Shown here one piece after another: positions 1 to 9,015 of a stretch of 43,545 bases of DNA. The DNA lies in the NCBI GenBank assembly GCA_040005435.1, contig JBDTYX010000001.1, forward strand, positions 1 through 43,545. Reading direction: 5' to 3'. The notes under the pieces were generated by a model, which saw only the letters and a list, made by a program, of their open reading frames with translations, was not told the origin of the DNA and searched no databases. The position numbers and the translations under genes were made by a program. Position 1 is the stretch's first letter, and each line of letters begins with the position of its first letter. This stretch comes from Rudaea sp. (GTDB taxonomy: Bacteria; Pseudomonadota; Gammaproteobacteria; Xanthomonadales; Rhodanobacteraceae).

Positions 1-321
1 GATCGGCGACGTCTTGCCGTGCATGATCGCGCCGGCGCGCACGACCTTGCCGCCAAAAACCTGACCGATGCTCTGGTGCCCGAGGCAGACACCGAGAATG
101 GGAATGTGCGCGCCGAGCTTCTCGATGAGCTCGAGCGTGATCCCGGCCTGGTCGGGCGTGCCGGGTCCCGGCGAGATAACGATGCGCTGCGGCGCGAGCC
201 CGCGGATCTCGTCGATCGACAATGCGTCGTTGCGCACGACCTGCACATCCTCACCGAGCTCGCCGAGGTACTGCACGAGGTTGTAGGTGAAGCTGTCGTA
301 GTTATCGATCATCAGTAGCAT
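1..321 (-). CDS. trpG: Anthranilate synthase component II / glutamine amidotransferase (5' part; runs off the window)
   Basis: Manual minus-strand translation from ATG at 321: [23 protein letters not shown]...[10 protein letters not shown]...[12 protein letters not shown]...[21 protein letters not shown] and GVCLGHQ are TrpG/PabA motifs; same strand as trpE. Confidence 0.95.
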   Translation of the reverse strand, partial: MLLMIDNYDSFTYNLVQYLGELGEDVQVVRNDALSIDEIRGLAPQRIVISPGPGTPDQAGITLELIEKLGAHIPILGVCLGHQSIGQVFGGKVVRAGAIMHGKTSPI

Positions 322-439
322 TATGCATGTAACCTATTGATTACTCCGGTGTATCGTAACGCGACAGTACTCATACCGCTTTCAAGCCATCCGCGTCGAT
401 GCATAGCGTACCTGAGCCACCACGTGGTCAGCGAGCTTA

Positions 440-800
440 AACAGCTCGGGCACCGGCGTCTCGAACGGTGCCTTCGGCAGGAGGATTTCGACTGAGAACA
501 GGTTCGCCTCGGCCTCCATCCTCATTCGGGGATCGCCAATCGGCGTCTCGGCGCGCAGATGTGCGGGCGTGCATTCGAAGCTCTTCGACTTGATTGCGTG
601 CCCCGGGAAGGGGGGTGTCCGAGCTCGTGCCCCATTGCGAACCGCTGCCGGTAGACAGACTGTTTGATTGACCAGGATCACCCCGGTGGCGCCGGTGATG
701 ATCGGGACGCCTTCCAGACTGTTCGACCTGCGCGTCGAATTTCTTCCATGCCAACAGCGGCGGAGTCGTCTTCGATGGGAGCGGGGATCGATACCGCTTG
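440..800 (-). pseudogene. Frameshifted ImmA/IrrE-family (HExxH) metallopeptidase relic
   Basis: Fragments in alternating frames: IPAPIEDDSAAVGMEEI; SLEGVPIITGATGVILVNQ; RQRFAMGHELGH (615-650); FPGH...FECT...MEAEANLFSVEILLP. Boundaries approximate. Confidence 0.7.
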
Positions 801-915
801 CATCTACCGTGCGCGTGCGATGTGGGGTCAGATTTTGAAGGCGCGTCGACAATTTTCTGCTCGCAATTTGAGGCTGCAGAACGGCTACTTCAATCCAAGG
901 CACTCGCAACGCTTG

Positions 916-1734
916 CTAGCGAAGTACCGATGTCGCCGTAGGCGCCAGGCGCAGACGCTCGGGTTTGCGCATGAGTGCCGGCAAGATTGCCTCGGGCGCG
1001 GCATCGCGCCAACCGCTCAGCGCGCCAAAGCGAGCGGTAAATGCCGCCTCCTCCTTTGCGCTGGGCCAGCGGGCGAGCCAGATGAACACGCGCTCGCGTT
1101 CTCGAACGGGCAATCGCGGGAAATTATTTGCAGCATCCTCGGTCACCAGGCGTGCGACGGGCTTGGCACCCAGTTCGACGATTCGTGGCAAAATTGCGTG
1201 ATCGAAATAGGCGGCGAAAGATGCCGGATCGGCCGTTCCCAAGTAATGGATTCTGGCGCCGATGATTTCCTCCTTCTTGCCGTCGTGTATCGACGACGAC
1301 AAGAAGCCCCCATCCGGCGAAGCCGGCCGGAGCAGAAGCACGTTGTCCGAATCGACAATGGTGGCGTTGGCGGCCGCCTTCTTGCTTTGCCACAGTGGGC
1401 CCTCGTAGAACGTCGCCAGCGCCTGCGCGCGCGCGGGCATGTCGCTGAAGCTGCGCATCCACACGAAGCGGTCCGGGTCGTCCAGATCGCGAAACGTTCC
1501 GACGACATGCGCGCCGGCCGCATTCAGCGGTGCAAGGAAACTCTCCTCGAACATCGAAATGAGCACTTCGCGCTTTCCACCGCGCAACGTGTACTGGCGT
1601 AGTTCGAAAATGGTGTCCTGATTCACAGGCATTTCCCCTTTGACTTCCGGTTGGCTCGATGCGCCGGCTGCGGTGACGAATGACGCCGCAACGGCACCCA
1701 GGGTTGTCTGTACGAACTCTCGTCGGTTGATCAC
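916..1734 (-). CDS. NIPSNAP-family protein with probable Tat signal peptide
   Basis: NRREFV twin-arginine motif plus hydrophobic stretch; FELRQYTL, GTFRDLDDPDRFVWMRSF, FYEGPLW are NIPSNAP-like; GAGG upstream. Confidence 0.85.
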   Translation of the reverse strand: MINRREFVQTTLGAVAASFVTAAGASSQPEVKGEMPVNQDTIFELRQYTLRGGKREVLISMFEESFLAPLNAAGAHVVGTFRDLDDPDRFVWMRSFSDMPARAQALATFYEGPLWQSKKAAANATIVDSDNVLLLRPASPDGGFLSSSIHDGKKEEIIGARIHYLGTADPASFAAYFDHAILPRIVELGAKPVARLVTEDAANNFPRLPVRERERVFIWLARWPSAKEEAAFTARFGALSGWRDAAPEAILPALMRKPERLRLAPTATSVLR

Positions 1735-1753
1735 GATTGCACCTCGAATGTTA

Positions 1754-1775
1754 AAACAGACCGATCGACCTGTTT
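1754..1775. promoter_or_regulatory. Putative TetR operator (imperfect palindrome AAACAGACCGATCGACCTGTTT)
   Basis: 18/22 self-complementary; lies between the divergent NIPSNAP and TetR genes; resembles NemR-type AGACC-N4-GGTCT boxes. Confidence 0.6.
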
Positions 1776-1838
1776 GTTTGAGTTTGCCGATCGTGAGACA
1801 CTGTTGTCAAGAACATTGCGTGAGCGTGAGTAAGGCTC

Positions 1839-2459
1839 GTGGCCAAGCAACCCAGCAGTCGACGTCGAAATGACCCGGAAGGCGTGAGGACGCGCGTGCT
1901 CGATGCGGCCTCCATGCTTTTTCAGGCGCATGGCTACCACGCCACCGGAATGCGCGAGGTCATCGCAGCGACGCGCCTGTCACCCGGCGCCGTGCATCAC
2001 CATTTTCCGACCAAGGAGTCTCTGGCCATCGCGGTCATAACGGATCGCGTCGCGCCGGCCGTCAGGGAAAGCTGGATCGAACCGGTGCGGCACGCGGCGT
2101 CCCTGAGGCAAGGCGTGACAAGAGTTTTTACCGAGATCATCCGCGGCATCGACGATCGCGGACAGGTGTCAGGCTGTCCGCTGAATAATCTGGCGATGGA
2201 ACTCTCGCTGACCAACGTACGACTGCGCGACGCCTTGCGCTCGATCTTCCGTGAATGGCAAGACGCGTTGGAGCAGCGCATTTCCGAAACGCCGCGCGGA
2301 AAACAAATGACGAAGAATCAGCGAAGCGCCGCCGCGGCCTTCATCGTCGCATCGTATTCGGGCGCCATGAATCTCGCGAAGGCAACGCAGGAACCCACGC
2401 CGTTGAAGGTCACGCGACGCGCGCTGGCTCACTGGCTGACCGAACAGCGGTTGAGTTGA
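1839..2459 (+). CDS. TetR/AcrR-family transcriptional regulator
   Basis: HTH region RVLDAASMLFQAHGYHATGMREVI...GAVHHHFPTKESL; C-terminal GCPLNNLAME motif (NemR/LmrA-like). Confidence 0.92.
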   Translation: MAKQPSSRRRNDPEGVRTRVLDAASMLFQAHGYHATGMREVIAATRLSPGAVHHHFPTKESLAIAVITDRVAPAVRESWIEPVRHAASLRQGVTRVFTEIIRGIDDRGQVSGCPLNNLAMELSLTNVRLRDALRSIFREWQDALEQRISETPRGKQMTKNQRSAAAAFIVASYSGAMNLAKATQEPTPLKVTRRALAHWLTEQRLS

Positions 2460-2572
2460 CCTTCGTTGCCCCGGGGCGGAGTATGCGGGCGTAATGTAGG
2501 GCTCCCGCGGGCGACGGGACGCTGCGCGATGAGCGCCTCGGGCGGCGATCGGCGGATCGACACCCGACGCGT

Positions 2573-3676
2573 CTATTGCTTGATCAGCTCGACGCGTCGA
2601 TTCAGCGCGCGTCCGAGGTCCGTATCGTTGCTCGCGACCGGCACCGAGGCACCGACACCTGCTGCGGACAGACGACTCGCCGAGATCGCATAGTTCGTCT
2701 CCAGCACGCTCACGATCGCATCGGCGCGCCGCGCAGAAAGTTCGAGATTGTGCGCGGCGCTTCCCACGCTGTCGGTATGGCCTGTGACGCGCAGCTTGAG
2801 CGCCGGGTTGGCCGACAGCAATTTGGCGATTTCGTCGAGCTGCGGCTTTGATTCGGGGGTGACGTCAGCCTTGTCGAAATCGAAGTGGATGCCGTATACG
2901 TTCACCTGCCCGCTGTTCGCCAGATTGCTGTTGAGCGTCGCCGAATCCACGGTCTTGGTTTCGACCATGGCTGGCTTCGCTTGGGTCGCGACCGCCGCGC
3001 TCTGGGCCGCGGCGGGTATGGCAATTTCAACCGGCGCACTGTCGCCCACACCTTCATGGGTGGCGGCCATGCCCTTGTCCATGGGCTTGTCTTCGAGCTG
3101 GACGATGTAGACGCCGGCGCGTTGCGTGTGCGGTATGTCGGCCACGAACACCATCACATGCAGGCTGCCTTGCGGCCGGTTCTGGCTTGCCAGGAGGTAG
3201 CGCGGGGCTTCGGCAAGTTGAAAACCCTCGTCGGCCTCGGCAGTTCCGGTCAGCGAGAGATGCATGACCCGGGTCGCCTCGCTCAGGAACTCCGGCCCGC
3301 ACTGTTCGTCGTTGGAGCAGGTCCACACGATGCTCATCCCGGATTTTTCGAGTGCCGCGCGGTAGTTTGCAAAAATCTCCAGGCCACTGCGCTGCGCGGG
3401 ACCGACATAGAAAGCGCGCGTGCGCTTGCCCGTGAGCGTGATCGTTTTGGGGGCGACCTTGTCGCCGGCGTCATTCTTGCCGACCGGGCCGGTCGCGAAA
3501 ATGGACTCCTCGAACGCCTTCTGGTCGGCGCCGAACAGGACGGCGCCGGGATAGCGTGCGGACACCCCACCGTCGCTGCACCCTTCGCAGTCCTTGCCAT
3601 CGTTGCTGTCGGCAAGAAGCGGCGCCGACAGGCAAAGCAACAAACCCAAGCCATAAAATCTTATCGACATGCGCAT
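2573..3676 (-). CDS. OmpA-family peptidoglycan-binding protein with N-terminal DUF4892-like domain
   Basis: Signal peptide; C-terminal GIHFDFDKA, GHTDSVG, NLELSARRA, NRRVEL; Ala/Pro-rich linker. Start could be 3670. Confidence 0.88.
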   Translation of the reverse strand: MRMSIRFYGLGLLLCLSAPLLADSNDGKDCEGCSDGGVSARYPGAVLFGADQKAFEESIFATGPVGKNDAGDKVAPKTITLTGKRTRAFYVGPAQRSGLEIFANYRAALEKSGMSIVWTCSNDEQCGPEFLSEATRVMHLSLTGTAEADEGFQLAEAPRYLLASQNRPQGSLHVMVFVADIPHTQRAGVYIVQLEDKPMDKGMAATHEGVGDSAPVEIAIPAAAQSAAVATQAKPAMVETKTVDSATLNSNLANSGQVNVYGIHFDFDKADVTPESKPQLDEIAKLLSANPALKLRVTGHTDSVGSAAHNLELSARRADAIVSVLETNYAISASRLSAAGVGASVPVASNDTDLGRALNRRVELIKQ

Positions 3677-3707
3677 GAAAGTCTCCAGTTGAGTGGGAAG
3701 GTTGGAA

Positions 3708-4268
3708 CTAGAATTTTCCGAGTATCTTGAGTGCGAGATTCTTCTCCGCCGCGAGGCCGTGGTCGGGCAGCCGATCGATGTTGGGGCCGTGCAGGTCGAG
3801 CAGGAACCCTTCGTTGCCGCGACGGACGTAGAGAAGGCCGCGCAGACCCAACGCTTCGTCGCCGACGCCGGCGACGGTGGCCGGCTGGTGCGCGCCGCTC
3901 GTCGCCGCGGCCTTGATCGAGTCCCAACTGCTTACCGACAGGCTCGCGCCTGCGGAGAAATCCGACGTGTTGTAGTCGCACATGCCGAGTTCGACATTCT
4001 TGACCGTGTTCTGCGGCAAGACTTGCCCGACTGCGGCTTCCGCGTCCGCACGGACCAGCAGTTCACAGGCGTTGCGCGAAGTAACCACGGCGACATTGCG
4101 CACGGCCTTGTCGATGGTTGTCGCGGCGATCGCGGGCGCTGGGCCGGGGCCGGCAGCGCCTGAGGGAGGCGAACCGCCGCTGCAAGCGGCCAATCCACTG
4201 ACGACGATCATCAGCGTCGTTATGCGGAGCGTGTCAACCCGGGGACAAGCTGCGGATTCGATTTTCAT
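3708..4268 (-). CDS. Putative lipoprotein (DUF3558-like)
   Basis: Lipobox LAAC-SGG; ACELL...CDY and VAGVGDEA motifs. Start at ATG 4268 inferred. Confidence 0.65.
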   Translation of the reverse strand: MKIESAACPRVDTLRITTLMIVVSGLAACSGGSPPSGAAGPGPAPAIAATTIDKAVRNVAVVTSRNACELLVRADAEAAVGQVLPQNTVKNVELGMCDYNTSDFSAGASLSVSSWDSIKAAATSGAHQPATVAGVGDEALGLRGLLYVRRGNEGFLLDLHGPNIDRLPDHGLAAEKNLALKILGKF

Positions 4269-4370
4269 GTGGGCTATAGCCTCGTGAGAACGTGCGCGTT
4301 GCAATGCTTCGACATCGACCCCGTGCGCAACTGGCCGCGACGTCGCGGCCTCTGAATGCGCCGGAGTCAC

Positions 4371-4760
4371 TTATTCCTTCGACATGGTTTTTGAGGCGCG
4401 CCCGGGTGGAATCGGCTGCGGATTGAGGCTGCTGGCGTCGCCTGTGGACGAACACGTCCTCGACGAGGGGGCACACGGGCCCGGCGGATGCGCAGATACG
4501 TGCGTCGCCGCCCCTTTGCCGTTGCTTTGCGGGTGACCGCCGACGAAGATGATGCCGCGATCTGCGCCGCTCTTGCCTTTCGGGGCGGTTTTCTGCGGCG
4601 TGTGGGCCGGCGTCTTGTGGGCGTGCTGTACTTCCGCGGCGGTTTGCGTCGCTTGCGCTGCTCCAATAGCCCCGAATGCAAGCGTCAGCAGCACGGGATG
4701 GGTCAGTACGTGACGCGCGAATGTGCTCCGCAGCAGCGCGCGAGAATTCCGAGCAGACAT
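4371..4760 (-). CDS. Small exported low-complexity protein with GIIFVGG and LNPQPIPP motifs
   Basis: AAGGA RBS before ATG 4760; signal-like LLTLAFGAIGAAQA; co-oriented with neighbours. Confidence 0.6.
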   Translation of the reverse strand: MSARNSRALLRSTFARHVLTHPVLLTLAFGAIGAAQATQTAAEVQHAHKTPAHTPQKTAPKGKSGADRGIIFVGGHPQSNGKGAATHVSAHPPGPCAPSSRTCSSTGDASSLNPQPIPPGRASKTMSKE

Positions 4761-4873
4761 GATGTGTTCCTTGAAAAGCGCGCGCATGGCCGTGTCGTGA
4801 CGACGCGAGCACAGTGATCATCTGAATCGTCGGCTGACGACCTGCGTAGAAAAATGACCGCTTGACTAAGCAG

Positions 4874-4900
4874 TACGGATTCCGGTGCGGGTTGCTGACA
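4874..4900 (-). promoter_or_regulatory. Possible ECF-type promoter TGTCAG-N17-CGTA
   Basis: Bipartite motif read on the minus strand upstream of the 4760 gene, just downstream of the ECF/kinase pair; resemblance only. Confidence 0.25.
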
Positions 4901-4953
4901 CCTATTCGCGAATATTGCAGGAACGCACTGAGCCTTGGCGCGGACTGCACGCG

Positions 4954-7926
4954 TCAGGCGCCCACCAGAAGGCGCAGGCTCTCGCGCATCGCGCGCGTCA
5001 TCCAGTGATCTGCGCCGCGCACGCGTTGCACGGTGGACAACGCCGATTGCAGCTCGTTGCGTGCCTGCACCGTCTGTCCGCGGGCGCCCTGACACGCCGC
5101 GTACGCGGCCTGCGCTTCTGCGTGTCGCCAGCCGGTGGCAGGATCGTCCGGCGGTCGCATCTCGAGGGCCTGGGTGGCCGCGGCGCAGCCAGCCGCATCA
5201 TCGTGCTGCACAAAGGCAATGTGTGCCTTGGCGATCAACGCGCTCGCGACCTGCGCCGGGTTCTGGGTTTTCATTGCCCTGAGCTTTGCGACGGCCGCGT
5301 CGACGTCCCGGCGCGCACCCGTCTGGTCGCCGGCGGCGGACTTGCTCAGCGCGTACTGCACCTCGGCGACCGCCGCCTCCATTGCCGGCATGCTCGACGT
5401 CTTCTCGCGCAACTCTTGCGCCCGCGCGTGCATCGCGACTGCGTCGGCCGCACGGCCAGACAAGCGCAAGGTGACACCGAGGTCATCCATGCTGATCGAC
5501 ACCGCGAGGCCGTTGTCGCCTTCGAGACGCATGCGCGAATCGAGCACCTCACGGCCGACCTGCTCCGCTTGAACCAGATCGCCCGAATCGCGCAAGGCAA
5601 CCGCGAGATGCGACTTCGAAATCAACGCAAACGGATGCTCAGGCTTGCCCTGCGCCGCCCAGATCGCCATCGCCTGGCGGCTGAAGTCGATCGTTCCGGC
5701 GTAGTCGTCTTCGTGGAAGCGCAGCACGGAGAGGTTGTTCAGCGTCGCTGCGAGCGCGGGATGCTGGTTGCCGAGCAATCGTCGTTGCATCCCAAGCGCT
5801 TCGAGATACAGCGGCTCGGCCTCGCGGTAGCGACCGAGCCGATCGAACGCGCGCGCACGCCCGGCCAGCGCATCGGCGAGCATCGGGTGATCCGGCGGGA
5901 GCAGGCGGCGACAGATCGCAATCGCCTCGTCGAACAACGGCAGCGACTCGGCGATGCGATCGCTCTGCATTCGGAACACCGCCAGATTGACCAGGTTTTC
6001 GGCGACATCGAGATGGTTCTCGCCATACAGATTGCGAAACATCCGCAGGGCCTCCTCGGTCAACATCATCCCGTCGGGCAAGCGATGCATGTCGCTGTAG
6101 AGCGCGGCGAGCTGATTGAGCTGCGCCGCGATTTGCGTGTGCGGCGCAACCAACGTCGCATGCGACATTGCGAGCGCCTCCTTCAACAGTCGCTCCGCGC
6201 GAGCAAAATCGCCCTGCCGCCGCGCGATCTCTCCCTGCAGGGCGAGGTCGTTGGCAATCATCGGACTCGAGGTTTTTCCCTGCCTGCGATGCGTGTCGAT
6301 CGCCTGCTGCGCGCTTCGCAGCGCCGCAGCGTAGTCGCCTTTCTCATACTGGGCACGGCCGAGCAGAGCGAGCGTGTCGCCATAGGCGGCGTCGTTCTGG
6401 CTGCGATCGCTATTCAGCTCAAGTGAGCGTTGCAGCAACACGATCGCGCGGTCGTTTTCGCCGAGCTCCTGATAGATCTTTCCCAAGACCTCGGCAAACG
6501 ATGACGCGAGCTGCGGATATTGATCGAGCTCCGTTTCGAGCCGCTTGGTAGCGGAGTCGAGCACGTCCTTGGCACTCAGCCGCAAGCCACCGGGCGTGCC
6601 GCGGGGATCGGCGACGCGAAAGATGCCTACGAGAAAATCGCTGACGATCTGCGCGCGCCGCGCCTGCTCGCGCGCGCGGGAAGTCTCCCACATCGCGAAT
6701 GCCGTGGTGGCCAGCAGTATCCCGAATGAGAGTGTCGCGAAAGCGACGCCGACCCGATGACGCGTCACGAACTTGCCGAGTCGATACAGCGCGCCGTCGC
6801 GGTGCGCCGCGATCGGCATGCCGCGCAGGTGGCTGCGCAGGTCTTGCGCCAATGCCTCGATCGTGAAGTATCGCCGTTCCGGCTCGCGTTGAAGTGTCTT
6901 GCACAGAATCAGATCGAGGTCGCCGCGCAGCAGGTGGCGTGGAATCGGTGCACGGGTGGTATCGCCGTTGTGCGGATCGCCCGCGCTCGGTCGTTCGCGG
7001 TCAGCGCGATCTGCATGTTCACCTGCCTGGTCCGACAGACTCAGGTCGTTTGCGCGGACGCCAGTCAGCATTTCATACAGCAGGCAACCCATGCTGTAGA
7101 CGTCGGTTGCCGTGCTGACGGGTTCACCCTGCAGTTGCTCCGGCGCCGCGTATGCGGGCGTTAGCGCGCGATCTTTCGCGGGCCCTGGCTCCTTCAAAGC
7201 GCCGAGTACTTCGGCGCCGAGTAGTTTGGCGATGCCGAAGTCCAGCAACTTGACTTCGCCGCCTTCGGTCACGAGCACGTTCGAGGGCTTGACATCGAGG
7301 TGCACGATCAACTGGCGGTGCGCGAACTGCAACGCAGCGCAGACCTGCAGTCCCAATTCGACGCGCGCGCGCAGCCCTAGCCGATGGCGTGCGCAGTAGT
7401 CGAGCAAAGGCGTGCCGTCGACGTATTCCATCACGAGATACGGCCGCCCATCCGACGCCAGGCCGCCATCGAGCAGGCGCGCAATATTGGGGTGCGACAA
7501 GCGCGCGAGGATCTGGCGCTCACGCAGGAAGCGCGCCGCGACCACCTCGTTGTCGAGGCCGCGTCTTATGAGCTTGAGCGCCGCGCGCTGCTCGAACTGG
7601 CCATCGGCGCGATCGACCAGCAGGACGACGCCCATGCCACCCAGCCCGAGTTCCCGCACCACACGCCAGCTACCGATCAACGCGTCTATCGGCGCCGCGA
7701 CATCATGGTCGTGAAGCCAGATTCCGGCGGTCGCGGCGCGCAATTCAAACGCGCGTCTGCCAAACGCCTCGCCGCGGGCGTCTGCCGCGAGCAGCGTCTC
7801 GACGTCTTGGCGCAGCTCACCATCCTCTCCGCAGAGCTGCTCCAGCAGAGCGCCGCGATCCTCCGCCGCCGCTTCGGCGATGCGATCAAACGCCTCGCTC
7901 ACCCGACGCCAGCGCGCGCTATCCAT
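4954..7926 (-). CDS. Membrane Ser/Thr protein kinase with TPR-repeat C-terminal domain
   Basis: LGLGGMGVV, AALK, HLDVKPSN, LLDFGIAK, TPAYAAPEQ, TDVYSMG; one TM segment; many TPR-like repeats. ATG 7926 abuts the sigma-factor stop. Confidence 0.93.
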   Translation of the reverse strand: MDSARWRRVSEAFDRIAEAAAEDRGALLEQLCGEDGELRQDVETLLAADARGEAFGRRAFELRAATAGIWLHDHDVAAPIDALIGSWRVVRELGLGGMGVVLLVDRADGQFEQRAALKLIRRGLDNEVVAARFLRERQILARLSHPNIARLLDGGLASDGRPYLVMEYVDGTPLLDYCARHRLGLRARVELGLQVCAALQFAHRQLIVHLDVKPSNVLVTEGGEVKLLDFGIAKLLGAEVLGALKEPGPAKDRALTPAYAAPEQLQGEPVSTATDVYSMGCLLYEMLTGVRANDLSLSDQAGEHADRADRERPSAGDPHNGDTTRAPIPRHLLRGDLDLILCKTLQREPERRYFTIEALAQDLRSHLRGMPIAAHRDGALYRLGKFVTRHRVGVAFATLSFGILLATTAFAMWETSRAREQARRAQIVSDFLVGIFRVADPRGTPGGLRLSAKDVLDSATKRLETELDQYPQLASSFAEVLGKIYQELGENDRAIVLLQRSLELNSDRSQNDAAYGDTLALLGRAQYEKGDYAAALRSAQQAIDTHRRQGKTSSPMIANDLALQGEIARRQGDFARAERLLKEALAMSHATLVAPHTQIAAQLNQLAALYSDMHRLPDGMMLTEEALRMFRNLYGENHLDVAENLVNLAVFRMQSDRIAESLPLFDEAIAICRRLLPPDHPMLADALAGRARAFDRLGRYREAEPLYLEALGMQRRLLGNQHPALAATLNNLSVLRFHEDDYAGTIDFSRQAMAIWAAQGKPEHPFALISKSHLAVALRDSGDLVQAEQVGREVLDSRMRLEGDNGLAVSISMDDLGVTLRLSGRAADAVAMHARAQELREKTSSMPAMEAAVAEVQYALSKSAAGDQTGARRDVDAAVAKLRAMKTQNPAQVASALIAKAHIAFVQHDDAAGCAAATQALEMRPPDDPATGWRHAEAQAAYAACQGARGQTVQARNELQSALSTVQRVRGADHWMTRAMRESLRLLVGA

Positions 7927-7927
7927 C

Positions 7928-8488
7928 TCAGGTTTGTTCGTGCGCGGCAAAACCCAGGGTCTGTTCCAGGAATGCGCGTGCGCGTCGCCAGTCGCGATAC
8001 GCCGTACGCGGAGTAACACCCTGCAGCTCGGCGATCTCCTCCATGCTCAGTCCGCCGAACACATGCCATTCCACGACGGAGCCCGCGCGTGCATCCAGTT
8101 CAGTCAGTGCGATGAGCGCCTGGTCGAGCGCCAGCATCTCGACCATGTCCCCGGAGGCGCTCGCGCTGCCTTCTTGCGGTTCGGTGAAAGTGATGTCGCC
8201 ACCTCGCTTCAGACAGGCGCGAGTTCGCGCATGGTCGACCAGCACCTGGCGCATCGCGCGCGCCGCGAGCGCGAGAAAGTGCGATCGAGAAAGGCCGGCC
8301 GCCTGCGGCGACGGCGACAATTTTATATACGTCTCGTGGACCAGCGCGGTCGTATTCAGCGTCGCGAGACCGCCTGCGCCGCGGCGCTGGCGCCTGGCGA
8401 TCCGGCGTAGCTCGTCGTAGACCAATGCGAACAGTCGCATAGGCATTTCGCGGGGTTCGCCAAGACCTTGCGGTTCCGCGGCGATCAT
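7928..8488 (-). CDS. ECF sigma factor, kinase-associated (TIGR02999-like)
   Basis: VYDELRRIAR, TLNTTALVHETY, AMRQVLVDHAR, KRGG and region-4 FGGLSMEEIAELQGVTPRTAYRDW. Confidence 0.92.
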   Translation of the reverse strand: MIAAEPQGLGEPREMPMRLFALVYDELRRIARRQRRGAGGLATLNTTALVHETYIKLSPSPQAAGLSRSHFLALAARAMRQVLVDHARTRACLKRGGDITFTEPQEGSASASGDMVEMLALDQALIALTELDARAGSVVEWHVFGGLSMEEIAELQGVTPRTAYRDWRRARAFLEQTLGFAAHEQT

Positions 8489-9015
8489 GGGCTGCGGTTC
8501 AACATTCGTGCAGTGGCCTTTGCGATAGCCCGGTTATTTCGCTGCAGCGGCGAAGAAATGCTAGTTCGCAGATTTGCCGACGGGACGGCTAAAAAGGACT
8601 GCAGCGCGAGTGCGCTGTGGCCCCATTCCGCTATCTCATCCGCCTGCGAAACCGAACAGCTGAACGTCAGTGCGAATGCTCTGATCGTATCGGCGTCGCC
8701 CATATCTTGGCCAGACATCTTGCGCAACCTGCGAAGAAAAACCGAGATCAAAGAGCCCTGCGCGGCAAGGTTGGGGCGGAGCTCCAGGAGGGACGCTTAC
8801 CTAGGCCAGTCTACGCGCAAACCATCGCGAGGACCCGTTTCGAGCGCCGCATGAGGACCGTTCGGGGTTCGCTTGGATCGCGGCCACGCTTGCGGAAATG
8901 TCAGCAGCGCGCGCCATTTGCCGTATCTATTGAGCAACTCGCACGTGACCCGTTCTTAGGTACGCGAGGGCAATCCGCTCAAGCGCCATCGCGCGCGTCC
9001 CGTCGGGAGTTGCAA

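Noticed and set aside
19-318. Plus-strand 99 aa and 72 aa ORFs
   Set aside because: Antisense shadows of trpG.
4885-6426. Long antisense ORFs (also 10371-12029, 23840-25351, 29049-30935 and others)
   Set aside because: Arg/Ala-rich, motif-free products expected opposite high-GC genes; no evidence of dual coding.
8485-8751. 88 aa ORF overlapping the sigma-factor start
   Set aside because: No recognisable motif or RBS and atypical codon usage; cannot be supported.
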